DNA of 64,000 bases from Lepidodermella squamata (taxonomy: Eukaryota > Animalia > Gastrotricha), in contig JBLDXI010000021.1 of the NCBI GenBank assembly GCA_047495785.1, positions 496,001 through 560,000 on the forward strand, read 5' to 3'. Numbering within the stretch: the stretch's first letter is position 1; every line of letters begins with the position of its first letter. Below, piece by piece: positions 25,801 to 39,185 of this stretch. A program made the position numbers and the translations under genes. Below the pieces are notes generated by a model. The model was not told the DNA's origin. It ran no database searches and saw only the letters and a list, made by a program, of their open reading frames with translations.

Positions 25801-28354
25801 ACAACATCGAAGTCGGAGCAGTACAAACACGGCACCGTGCTTCACCGATGCCACTCCGCAGACCCCGTCAGCATTATTTGCACCCCGGTGTGTCTGGTGC
25901 CGGAAGATGGCGCGGCTGTGGCGAATGGCGAAACTGATTTGACGACAAAACAAGCCCCAGTCGCGGCGACGGCCGTTCAGGCCAGTCCGATGGCAACTTC
26001 GATTTCAGCCCATTCGCAACTGCCGCGTAATGTCGCGACTGAAACCGAGAAGGTGCCACAGGAGAAGAAAGTTTCGCTCGTGCCGAGTGAGAAATTCGAG
26101 GCGTCGAAAGAGATGACGAAATACCCGGTTGAATCAGCTATTTCGATTGTAACTGCCACGGATCATGGCCATGGCCACGGCCACTCGCATGGGCACGGCC
26201 ACGGGCATTCCCACTCGCATTTTGGCGATGTCAATTCGCGAGCTTGGATGGTCATTCTTGCCGATGCTTTTCACAATCTAGTCGATGGTATGGCGATTGG
26301 TGTTGCGTTCAGCTCATCCCTAGCCGGAGGGTTCAGCACGGCGATCGCCGTGGCAATGCACGAATTGCCGCATGAATTGGGCGATTTTGCTGTGTTGCTG
26401 AAGGAAGGTCTGAGTATAAAGCGTGGTCTGATGTTCAACGCGCTTTCGTCTGTCATCTGCCTCATCGGCGCCTCTTTTGGCGTCATTTTTGGCTCCAACG
26501 AAGACTTTGATCAGATCATTTTCGCTCTTGCTGCTGGCGTTTTCTTGTACGTCTCACTCGTCGATATGTTGCCGCAAATCAGTTCCGTTGATACTAGTCC
26601 TTCTGAATCAGTATTCTGTCACTTGCTGATTCGATGCTCCGGAATGCTTACAGGTACAGTTTTGATAGTCGATTGTACTTTCATTAGTTACTATAGTTGG
26701 CAGTATTACATTAGGGTCATTTTTACAATTTATAAAGTGTTTTTCAAGCATTTTACAATCTAACAACCAATCAGAACGAGAGTAGCAACTAAAATTGAAG
26801 TAACGTCTGGAAAAGCGAGTTCTATCGTCATTTTTACGAGGTTTTAAAGCATGCCCTACTAAAATCCCAACAAATTCCCCGCCTCGCTAGTATTATCAGC
26901 TCAGATTGCATGTAGTTTTTACTAATTCGGCACAAACATTTTCATTTCCGAGAGGTTAACATCGAGAAACCAATGGAACTTGATGTGTCTGTCGTATCAA
27001 AGAATTGCTTCCCAATCGGCTAAACGAAATAGGAAACGTGAGCAGGAAAACTCAATTTTAAATCACGATAAAATCTCTCGTTTTTAACGACCCCCTCCGT
27101 TTCACCGGCTGCAAAGATATAATGCCCATGATCGCAGATAAGAATCGACGAGGCTTACGGGTGCCTTGGTGAGGGCGATAGAATTGTATTTCACTCGGCA
27201 AAACAGGAGCGTAACCACCAGTTTTACGATAATGAGCCGCGGCAATTTTTTGGTTCCTTTGAGATTTCCACCCACAAATCGCAAAATTCAATCATAGTAT
27301 TTTTGTAGAAGTGGCGCATCTTTGGCCTTTGAAGATAAGGTTTAATTTAATGGGAATGAAATACTTACATTTCTAACCTCGCCGAAAATTTCTTTGAATT
27401 TAATTACCATTCGTTTAAGAATGTTTCGCGTTTTACCCACGTGTTCAATTCAGCCGACGGAACCGAATAGGCCTTAACTTCGGCCTAGTACATTTCTCCA
27501 TGTTCCACGAGTTTCATTTGAGTTGATTCATGTTGCATCCTTTTGCAACAAGCTGGGGGAAACTTTTGGCTTCGGCCATTCGAACACCCGCTCGCTTTCA
27601 CCGTTGCTGCCTGATCCTGCTAAAGACAGTTTATCTTTTACAAAATCATGATGAAATTATGAACGCAGAAGTTGGGTGTCCATGACTGAATTTGCTTTAT
27701 TAGGCGCTTGACAAAAGAACCCTTCGACATCCTAGCTTGCTTCAAAATTTCTTCCGATTGAAAGTGTTTCGATTACCGTATTTCATCGAAAGTATCCTAC
27801 CTCAAAAAAATTACCCCCTCGAATGATAGCCCCAAAAATTCACTGGGTCCAATAGGGTCCAAGGGTTAATAATAGCCAGGCGGCTGAAAAACAGGTTGAC
27901 GCCTGGAATATCATGTGGCCTGAAATGATGAGGAATAGCTTTTCCGACTGCGGAATCACTACTGTTCAACCTGGCAAGCCTTTTGGAGGCTGCTCATATC
28001 AGCCTATGGTATTAAGCATATGACGCTTTGGGGGTTATAATTGCCCGATTTTTTCAATATTTTTCGAGTTCGATGAAATACGGTGATTATTTCTGAGTCA
28101 GTTAGGAAAATACCAAAACAGTTTTGTCAGTGGGGAAGAAGAAGAAGAAGAAATTTGAAGATATTTTGAGTACAGATACAGGTATTTGCAACTTCTGCTG
28201 TGCTCAGGGATCAAAATTCTTTAAATTGCGTAGAAACGTTTACTCACAATTCGAAATAATTATATTTTTCAATTTATTTGCAGGAACGGGAATAATGATA
28301 TGCGTCGCGATGCTGGAGTCTCGGATCGGCGAATTCCTGAAAGCTTTCGTTTGA
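22888..28354 (+). CDS. LIV-1 subfamily ZIP (SLC39A) zinc transporter, foi/ZIP6/10/14-like
   Basis: Signal peptide at 22888. Motifs FLVAMAVGTLSGDAVLHLIPH, WMVILADAFHNLVDGMAIG, HELPHELGDFAVLL and AAGVFLYVSLVDMLP. About 8 coding exons, the last 28284-28354. Confidence 0.93.
27883..27966 (+). mobile_element. Possible pogo/Tigger transposase C-terminal remnant in the last ZIP intron
   Basis: Translates AEKQVDAWNIMWPEMMRNSFSDCGITT, matching the recalled pogo pattern AW..I..E.I..SF..CGI. It is immediately preceded by a piggyBac-like end GGG-TTAA (27863-27869). Confidence 0.45.
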
Positions 28355-29529
28355 GTCGATAGCCGCTCATACCTTTATTTTCGATGTGCACATCTAGTCT
28401 CTTCTTTTTATACGCGTTATACTTCTGTAAATCTCGAAAATTTTCAGTTGATGCTTCGAAATAGAATGCGAGAATCTCTGTGTCAAAATCGAGCGCCAAC
28501 TACGTGAGAAAAACGTGTATGTGCCATGATTATATGCCAGTCTTATTATTTCCATTCAAAAGCTTACCAAGATTTTTAATGCAATGAAAGTGAACCTGGC
28601 ATGACTGTCGAAATTCTGGTCTTGAATCTTTAACGCAAGAATCTCGGTATTTACGCAACAAAAGAGGCCGAAATTCGTCATTGTGAATCAAATTTCTCGT
28701 TTTTGATGTTGAACCGAATGCGTCATTTACGTTGTTTGAATTCCCTCTTCTCCAGTGTTGTGCTGTCGCCCGGAATGATGAATGATTTCATAAATGGTAT
28801 TAAGTAGTTATCGTTTTTTTCTCGTTTCCGAAAAATGCTGATTATCAATTGTTGGAGATGTTTGAAAATGTATGATAACTATTCTCGTTACTCGCTTTCC
28901 TTTTTATGTCTGTAATTTGTAATGTAATGATACTGAATGATCGTTCTTTCGTTGTGTACAAATAATCTGCGAATGTTGACGCGAAAGATACCTGTGAGAA
29001 GAATATTCATGCAATCGGATCGTTATTGGAAAAACCCCTAATTGCCAAATCTGGCACCTATTTTTCGAAAAAACTCGTCAATTTATCAAATGTTTAAATC
29101 TCGTGAAGAAAGTCGCGAAATGATACTTCTCTTGTTGTTTGAAATTTCACTTTTAATTAGTTTTTTTCGAATCTGATATAAAAAAATCCGGCGAAATATT
29201 GTTCACTTTTTTATAACGATGATAACCATATTGCTGCTAGGCTCTGATGATATGAATGATTCACCTGCAAATACCTGATTGTTTGTACATTTGTTGTACT
29301 CGACCTGATTGCTGATAGAATTTTGAATTATATGAAGATGATCTGATGCGTTACGGTAGAGGTGTAATCCCGTTTTCTTGCTGTTTAAAATTCGTATAAT
29401 TGAAGAGAGGAATGAAATATGGCTATATTTACCCGATTACGGTTTTTGCTTGGAATAAAATTGTTATGTAAGAACATTTCCGCGTACTTTTTTTCCTGCG
29501 TTCACTTGATTCATCCCACCCTGCGAACC

Positions 29530-32500
29530 CTGGCATCCGGCGCGGCTGCGGGTTGATAGTGTCAGTAGTTGTTAGGCGCAAGGCTAGATAACAACCGGCC
29601 CGTGGCGCAGAAATTCATACTACAATAATATACGGTGCGGCACCTACGTGTGCGTTTTAGCGCATTCGCGACGGCGCTTGTCGCCCCGTCAGCTCGGTAT
29701 TTTTTTTTATCAGGAGCGAGCGCGTCGTTGTATATTGTGGCACACGGATAAAACACACGGCGAGACACGGTTCCTTTATTACTTTTTATGCCCGTGCACC
29801 GAGCGAGATGTGCGTGTGTTGAATGTACATAACCTTTTGTTATTGTTTACAACACTTTTTCGCCTCGCCGACCCGAGCGAGATCGAAGAAAAAATTACTA
29901 CCACCGCGCCAGTTGCTTCTCTCGCGCAGCTTTTCCACGCGTTTTAGCGTCATGCGCATGTATCATCATTATTATTTACAATTTTTCAACCGCAGCTGCG
30001 CTCTCGAAAGGCGCGATTTCTAGACCGTCATCAACCGAAACGCGCGTGCGATTTTGCGAAGTGTGGCGCGTTAGCAGCATAATCTCCATTAAAAGGGGCA
30101 ACAACAGCTTAATTTGCGAGAATAAAACGCTAGGCGCGTCGCGGAATAATTTGCGCTTAAAAAAACGCCGGTCATAAATCTCGCAATACACCTGGCTTTC
30201 GCATATTAATATCATCACCAACGCGATGTTATATAGCATCAAAACGAGGCGAGAATAGACATGAGGCTGTTTCTTCCCAACCGACCTTCGCGCACGGTAA
30301 AGTGCCTCTCCGACGCCGCGCGCGCGCGCGCAAGGATATGCATGGATAGGTCGAGGCATTTACGCGGCCCATTATCGGTTCGTCAAAAAAGCAGCAGTAT
30401 AGGCTGACAAGCGCATGCGCTCTTTTGCGACTATACCTTTATGCGCTCTTTACGCGCTCGACATGCAATACTACGTGGCGACGGTGGCGGCAGCGGATTT
30501 TAGCGGCGGCGCAAAATAAAAAATCATCCCTCACTTTTGCGAAGCGCGGCGACAACCACGCGCGTGTTTTATATGTGGGTCGCGTTCGTGCCAAAATTAT
30601 GCCGTAGCGCGCGGCCGCATCGTCTCGCGCGATGATGATTACTTCGCGCAATTTTTTTGCGCTCTCTAGTCTGCGCTTTCAGCCGGCTGTGTGTGCGCCG
30701 CCGCCGCTGCGAAGCGCGCGCGCGCAATATTTTTTATTATTTTTTTACGAAACACGGTCCGCCTATCGCTCTTTTTAGCCCGTTTTATAATACCATTATT
30801 ATTATTATATGACGTTTTGCCATGCTTTCCAGATACATTATTAGTTTGTATGTACAAACAACGTTCATTTACCACAAGTGCTGCTCTCGTGCTACGCGCT
30901 TGGATAGCGTAGGGTCAAGCGCGCAATGTATCAGTCGCTCAAATAATTAAGGGAGTCATATGCAGCTTTTTTGTGGCTACCTGTGTTGTAGTCATTGGCC
31001 ACCAGTGCCGCCACAGTAGCACCCGGCGATTGATCTTAAGTCGATTTTTCGATTACACGTTCAGTGTTAAACAATTTTTAGATTTCAGTTTGTGACCTAA
31101 TTTTTTGGGTAAAACCTATAACCTTTTTTATGATTGCATAGGTCTAATATTTCGCAGCAAAGGAACGCTAAGCTAAAATGAGCTAATCATGCGAAAAAAT
31201 AGCGATACAGCGCTTTTCAACGAGCTTTCGAAAGCTAATCTGATAACTAGTCATTTTCATTTGACAGCTGTAGTATTATAGCGTTAGATGTATTTTTTCC
31301 TAACCGTCTGAGTGTATGTATGTATATGTGTGTTTGATATATAGATGTGTGTATGTGTGCGGCTTTATTCGACCGCGCGCCGCGCGCCTGCCGTCACGCC
31401 GCCTCTGATAAAAGCGCTGTATTTGTTCATTTTTTGCGCGCATTTTTCGCCTCGCTCGCTCTCACTGCCTCTTTCGACTCATTTCGCAGTCGGCTGGCAG
31501 GCGTGTTCAACTTGTCGCCGTAATTATTTGGCTTAGCATTATATTATATTAAAACAATTAGGGGAAATAATATTTCTCATTATATTAAGGCGATTGCGCT
31601 TCGTTACTCACTGCTGGTGTTATAACTCGATTCAAACACCGCGCCTTTATACGCGCTGAAAGCGTTGCTTATCGCACCTTACCAATAGTATACTTGTCGG
31701 CGGTCGTGTAGGTTCGCCAAAATTGCGCCAGAGTTGCGCTTGCGCATAATCAGTCGTAAAATAATCGCGTCGTGGCGTGTTTTTGACGGCGACCCAGCCC
31801 TGCGTTCCGCATATCTGCAACGCACGCACCTGTGTTGCACAACCGCGTAAATTACCCGAGACCTGGTGGTGGTTGTGGCGGCGCTTGCTGGGGCGGTGGC
31901 TGCGCTGTCGTCGCCGGCGGCCTTGCGCTGCGCATAATCATCTCTATGCGCGCGCATTCAGTTTCCGCGCGCAGCTCTCGAGCGCGTTATTTTAGCGGCC
32001 GCGGCACTGGCAAACAGCCAATAACTCACTCACTAGCCGCGTTGGTTGGATGTTATTATATTATTACTATTATTATAACTACTCACCGCGAAAATTATTC
32101 AGCTGCGCGGCGGCGAATCTTGCCCGTGTAGCGCGCACGAGCGTCGTCCGTTCATCGCTCATCATAATCATCATCAGCCAGCCAACCCTTCTACTCGACG
32201 CGCAATGTGTACAGTTGCGCGCCCGCGCGATGTTGACCTTGAACGCTTCTTCCCTGCCCTACTCAAACGCGTGCTCAGCCTAAATACCGAGCTCTTCACC
32301 CCGCCGCAATTTTTCGCTCGCGATCTACCGTCACAATTAAAAAAGTCCACCTCAATAATGATACTCGCGTAAATTTTCGAATCTCAGGTTTTACGCTTGA
32401 ATATTAATCATCACACAGGACGAGACGGTGCGCATGCGGTGTGTTTAATGTTTTTATTGTTGCTAGTATTTTTTACGATATGTATTGCGCAGCGCTCATA

Positions 32501-35500
32501 GCTTCAACTTTTTTCGCGCTCAGTCTGCTATGCTTGGCGTGGATGAATTAAATGCGCGCCAAATGAATTCAAAATTTGTGTGATGTTTGTACTCGGCGCG
32601 CTTCTAAAGCCTCAACTCAGCTACTATTACGCGACGACGGGTGTGTGCGTTAAAAATACTGCTGTTGCCCCAGCCAGCCTCACTTTTTCATCATTCCACA
32701 TGACGCGTGCGGCGGGTTGAGAGCTCGAAAACTTGCGAATGCGTTTTCGTTATTCTTCTCCTGTGTTGCGCGATTACCATTATATTACACTCTCTTCGCA
32801 ATTCGCAACAAACAGTCGCTCAGATCAACGCACTTGTTGTGCTCATTTACGCGAACTTTATTCGATTTTATTACATGGCGGCTACCGACGGTCAAAGCGC
32901 CCACCGTCGACGAGCAAGTAGTTCAATTAGTGGGCCAGCACGTTGTTTGTGATGATTATTATTACTTCTTCGTTTCTTGATAACCACACCATTTATGGTA
33001 GGTATTTAGCATCGCTTTCGATGCGGTGTGAATGCTATTCTCACATTTCGGAATTTTTACCTTCCGGCAGCATGTGCGTGTTAGTGTCAAAGTGGTCTGC
33101 TGGCGCCAATTATCAAACATTGGGTGTATTTAATATCTCTCGTGGCGCTCTTTCCGGCACGATCTGTTAGTTTCGCCGGCGCGGTTGACAGCGCGAGTTT
33201 ATCCCTTGAAAAAGCGACGGCTGAGCACGCGGCGCCGGTATAGGTCGACTTGCGCGGTTCGTTATTAAAACCCGCGGCAAATAGGAGGCGGTCATTGGGT
33301 GCGGCAAGTCTACACTAATAATGAGCGAAACGTGGCGCATCCAGGCAGGAGCATCCAGTATAATATAATCCCAGGTCCTGCGCAATTTCGCCGCGCGCCC
33401 CCTGCAAACAAGCGCGCGCTCTTTTCTAACGCACGAACTACGCATTGCGTATAATATTCGAAATAGCACTGCCAATCTTCGGCGTTTCGCAACAAGTAAT
33501 AATGGAAAATCTACATCGCTCCGTTAATATTAGCCGCGATGAGGCAGTAGTTTGCCTTTTATTAGTAAAAGAGCGAATAGCGCGCGCGCGCATATTGATT
33601 CAGAGCGCGCCTGCCTTGCCGCAACGGCCGCGCGCAAACGGCACAAGCGCGCGCGCTTGCGCTGATAATAGACTGCAAAAATAAATGCAATGAAAGCATA
33701 GCCTTTACGCACGAGCCTTCTCTCGTTCGAGCCCTGGTACGCCGTGCTTCATCACTTCGCCTCGCTCGGCTTCGTAATAAAGCAATAATAATACAGTTTT
33801 ATTATTAATATTTCTTATAGCCTTCACTTTCTTGTTGCAGCGGCAGCTCAGCCGCCGTCTCGTAATCGTCACCGCGAGCGCGCGCGGTGCCGCTCACGTT
33901 ATAATGCCGCTATCTTTCGCGCGCGCTCATCGCTAAATTGCTGGCAAAGAGCGCGGCTTGTCATAAACGCGCTCAGGCCGTCAGCAGGTCCTTCCAGTTT
34001 TTTTCGACTTTTTTCGCACGCGCGTCTTCGCCAGGTGCGTTTGTTTTCGCGGCGGTTACACTCGAATCCAAAATGCAACACCTGCTCCGCCTAAACTAAT
34101 CAGCGAGAGAGCGAACGTTGTTAAATGTCACAGTTCCAATGTTTCTGACATTGCTATTTCTGTCTTGAACTAATTCGTCAACGTTTTTCGAGCGCTTCAT
34201 TATTTTTTGTCCCCGTAATATAGTTATGCGTCGCTGTAAATAGCGCGCTGTTTTTCGATCATTATCGGCGTGTTGGTGGTGTTGGCGTCGCGCACGTGGC
34301 GCGTTTTTTTCTTTCGCCCAGTGTTCGTAGCGTGCGTGATGCGGCAGGCAGCGCGCGACAGGAGTTGTGGCTGCCGACTTGTTGCGTGCATGCGACCCCT
34401 CAACACCGATGAGAAACATGAGCTGCCTCGCCTCGCGCCGCCAAGTGCATTCGACAACATATTTTGTACTCGCCCGACTATCGCACCATTTACCCGCTGT
34501 ATAATGCTATTATTACTCAGTATTACTATCGCTTTGGCTTTGGCGCCTACGTGGTGATGTCTAATAATAATAACATAATTGTTTGCGTTTGCTTGTGCGC
34601 GCGCGCAACTGGGCTGCCGAGCGCTTAGTTGATAAGCGCCTCGCCGAGCGCGCGTATCGCCGTCACTGTTCGCGCTCGGATCTGTTCGTTCGTCGCTGAC
34701 GACGGCGACGACAACGACGACGGCCGCGACCAACCACGAACGAGAGCGCGTGCGCACGACCGTGTTTTAATAATTCGCGCTTTAGTACTAGTGAATATAG
34801 CCGTCTTCTATGCTGTTGCTGCTGCTGCTACGTATAATATAAGCAGCAACATTTTCGCTGTTTTTATGTGTAGTCGTCGTATAATATCGGCGGCCGTGTA
34901 CCTCCTACACATGCGCGCGCGAATCGCAGCCCGTGTACAAACACACGGCATTTTACTATGCGCTGCGCATTTTTCGCCTTCGTTGCTCGCCTAATATAGC
35001 CTTCGCGCTCATTCGCTCGTTGACCGAGCGAGACAAGAGCGAGCGAGCGAGAGAGCGAACAGGTTTGCCACGGCAGTAACACACAAAAAATAAAGCTTAC
35101 GCGCTCTTGTAATTATTATTGTTGCGTCTCTTCTCTCGACGCGTTTTTTTACTGTTTTATAATACTGGCAAATTTTCTGTCATCGCGCTCGTTGGTGTTG
35201 GCGCCACATTTGCGTCGTTTCGTCAAAACGTCTTGTTGCTCCCATGTGCGCACGCGCCACACATTAAACCAAGCGCGCTCGTCTAGCTATTCGTTTTAAT
35301 AAGAATAATATTTGAAACTCTAGTTAAATAACAGCTGATGACTTGGCGCGCGCTTTCTTGATTTTGCGCGTCTCTTTTCATTTTTCGCTTTTTCTTTTCA
35401 AGAATCATCTAGTGTTTAATTTTACGTTTGCTTACTGCATGGACGGTTCGATCGCTATGGATGATCGGCTGCCGTCACAGCCTAATAAATGCGAAACAGC

Positions 35501-37640
35501 CAGTGAGGCTGCTGTCAGCGAGTCGCTAGTACTTGCTAGATCTGCATCACCTTCAGCCGCTTCTTCATCAGCACCTCTGCCCAACTCGGCGGAACTTGGT
35601 GATGACGCTGATATGTTGGACGATGCGGAAGTTGACGATGACAACGCGTCGGGCCCTGATGGCTTCCCAATGTGTGGCTCATCCTTTGCGATGGGTGTGG
35701 TCGCCGAGCCAAACCGATCTCCGACACCCCTTATGATGGGTGGCGGGACGGGCGAGTCACCTGAATCATCGGTAGGTGCCGCTGACGATGACTCATTCGG
35801 CGGTGCTCATTCACCGCAGCCATCTGGCTCCATTCCACCGGTTCGCCGTTCCCTGAACCAACCGGGCCCCAGCGCTCCGCAGCTGCCGCCTGATATCGAC
35901 GTTCTCAATGACGAAATCGGCGACATGCTTAAAGCTGCCGTCCTCACGACAATCGACGATTTGCGCCGGCGAAAGGCGCGTCCCAATTTAAAGAACATTG
36001 GTCACATGATGCTGCGACGACATGGCTGTTCTCCGCGTCAGGTCGAAGCCCTACTGGAATTTCTCGTCGAACGTGACATCGTCATTAAGGTTGATTACAA
36101 GGGACAAGCCAGCTACCGCAACGCCTCAAAATGGAAGAAGGGCCACATTTTGAAAGGTTTGTTGTTTATTTTCACTGTATTTTACCATTTATATAGGTAT
36201 TAAATTTTTTTACTATTATTGTTGTCACGACTTGAGTTTTTTTTTACGTCGAGAGTTTGTTAAAACATAGCTCGTGCTTCTATAGCGTAATTTTTTTACG
36301 CGTTTTTTTATGAAGAAATTATTGCGTGCGCGACGACATGTGCGGCGGCGACGACGGCGACGTGTGTGCGCGCAGGGTCACCGTCGTCAATTATTCCACG
36401 CTGAAATGTTATTATTATTTTTCGCGTATTAGTACAGCCGCAGTTTAGAGGAAGGCCCGCCTGCCTTCAATGCAGCTGATGATGATGATGATTATTACAA
36501 CGGCGGCGCATTTTTTGCGCAACGCCCCTCGATTATTTATAATATTGTGTATAATTATATTGCCGTCGGTTAGCTGTTGCCGTCGCCGCCGCCGCTGCTG
36601 CTGCAGATCAATTCATTTGCGCGTGCGCGCGCGGACTCATCGCTAGCGCACAAATTTTAGCGCGCACTATGCGCTCGCTCGCGCGCTTCTTCTACTCCTC
36701 ATTACGTGTTTGTCTGTGGCGCGCGCGCGCGCGCTCAGCTAATAACGGCGACTGCGCGCGCAAAAATTTTGCGCATCGTTGGCGCAACGCGTCGAAGGGG
36801 TGATAATATTATTAATATTGCGAGACCCGGCGGCCGCTCGCTCGTCGCTCGTCGCTCAAACAAGTGTCGCGCGAGGAAGGAAGGGCTTGATTGTTAAATT
36901 GGCCGGGGTGTCATCCATCCATCCTTGTAACCCGGATGGCTGCGGCTATTACTTTTGCGGCCGCATTATACTTATTAAAGCGCGGCTTTATTACCAAAAC
37001 GCATGCGCAGGGCTGGCCGCGCCGCGAGCGTTTTCATTAGCCCACCCGACACGCGACCCTTCGCCGGAGTTAGGTGCGTGAGCGCGGCGCATCTTCCGTT
37101 TGTTTATTACGCGCAGTTTTGTAATATATATAAATATCGCCTACGTCTTCACAGCCTATTTAGCATAGCGTTTGTTCAAGGTGCGCATGTACGCATGTAC
37201 GCTATGTATGAGCTGGAGCGAAACGCGATAGGCGCACAGCCGCAAAAACGCACGAATCATCGCTTCATTATCATCGCGAGCCGTTTGTGATGTCGATGGC
37301 TTGGTAATGATGATGATGACGGTAAAATTAATACTGCCGGAAAGTGCGCGCGCGCGCAACGCCTAAATTGGCGCGCCATGGCGAAATCGATGCGGAGCGC
37401 GCGCTTTGCGCATACTTGACGTTGTCGGCGGCGGCTGCGCGCCTATCGCGTTCGCCATCGCGAATATTTAGTTGGTAGTAGAAGGGAAATAATACTACTT
37501 TGTTATTGTTGATAGCGAGCGCAATAATGAGCGCACGCCCGTCGGCCAAGTGCGCTAATTTAGCGCAGGTAATAACGGCAGCCAGCCCGCCGCCGGCTAG
37601 TTTACACCTTCTTGGATTTGTTGACGATAATAATAATAAT
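29530..37640. promoter_or_regulatory. GCGC/CpG-dense non-coding domain (upstream region and first coding intron of the WH-PHD-SAM gene)
   Basis: Visible shift to abundant CGCG/GCGC runs, e.g. (CG)7C at 30317-30331 and (GC)8 at 36719-36734, interleaved with (ATT)n/(TAA)n and poly-T tracts. The next intron (38633-38978) is AT-rich and lacks them. A regulatory role is inferred. Confidence 0.6.
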
Positions 37641-39153
37641 AATGGCGCAAAGTTTTATTCGAGAGAAATAATCAAGTTAAATTGAAGAAATGAAATGAAA
37701 AAATGACTTTAATTTTTTCTTCAGGAACCATCATGAACCCAGCTCATATCAGCCGGTTGGTGCTAGATGTCATCACAGAACTTGAGCGCCGTTTGCCGAC
37801 CCAGGCCGGCGTGCACCCGGATGATATTGAAATGATGGTCCTAGCGAGGGCAGCTCAGCTGCAGGTGCCTATGAATAAGCAGAAATTCCTCGAAGCCATA
37901 ACTCGTGAGGTCGACCTCGGCCGGTTGCAGAAGTTGAAAAACGGCTTTTTCAAGGTCAACGAAGCCGCTCTTGCCAACTCATCTTCAGCTCAGTCCAGCA
38001 ACCAGTCTAATATTATTTCGCCGTTGAACATTCAACGCGGCCCGCCATCTATGGTTGTGTCGTCGTCGAATCGCAACTCGCTAGGCTCGAGCAGCGGCAG
38101 TGGCGGGTCGGGCATGACGCCGATCAAGCAGCACTCGCCGAATTCCATGGGCCAGTTTCGTAAAACCTCGCCGCAAGACCGCATGCTGGGCAGTAGCAAT
38201 AACCGGTTATCGCCGCCGAAAACGCAATACCCAAGCGATTTGAGCAACGAGCCGTCGTTGAAACGGCCGAAAATGACGCCGGGCGCGTCTGACTTCTCGA
38301 TTTCAACCGGTTTCTCCGCGGCGAACAGCGCCCACTCGCCTGGCCTGCAGCGCCTCACCTCGTCGTGCCGCATCTGCACGCTGCCGCTATCCGGTCCCGG
38401 CGCGTCGCCGTCGCTGCGAGGCGTCGTTCTCGGCGCCTCGGCTGTCAACAACAACAACGCCTCGTCTGATGTCACCCTGACCTGTGCAACTTGCCGCTTC
38501 TCTGTTCATTCCTCGTGTGCTGGCTACGCCCTTGACCAGGCGATGCGGTATCGCGAAACCGGTTGGATGTGCCCCTCGTGCCGAACTTGTACCTTTTGCG
38601 GATTCGGACCGAGTACCCAAGCTGGCGACGGGGTAAGACATTTATCTGTTCTTCTTAGATAATTTGGCAATATCCCCAATTTTCTTTGCATTTTGGAGGA
38701 AAAATTTGGGGGAAATTGAAAAATTCGAATTTTGAGGTAAAAATATATAAACGCGGAGAATTATGAAAAAGGGCATGGTTTTAAAGCTGGGCTCAAGACC
38801 ATTATTCTTGTATTTTCACAAAATTTATTGCTTATTTTTAGAAAAATCCTCTGAACTATTAGAATTTAAACATTTAATTTAAAAATATTTTTATGCATTT
38901 TTTCGAATTTTTTTAACTTTCCCCTATTAAGCAAAAACCTTTGAAATTCAATGAATAATTTTTTATTTTTTTCCTTAGATGCAACTTGTTGTTTGCGATC
39001 AATGCGACCGAAGTTATCACATGACGTGCCACATACCGCAACTTCTGACCTCGCCGGCGAAAGGTTCTCGTTGGTTGTGTTCCGCCTGCGATCTCCAACC
39101 CATCCCGTCTAATCGCCTCAACCGCGGAAGTGTTTCGGCACAAGTCCAAGCTC

Positions 39154-39185
<32 letters not shown>

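Noticed and set aside
29562-35082. Dozens of short Ala/Arg-rich ORFs on both strands
   Set aside because: They are a by-product of GCGC-rich composition, with no domain motifs or consistent exon chain.
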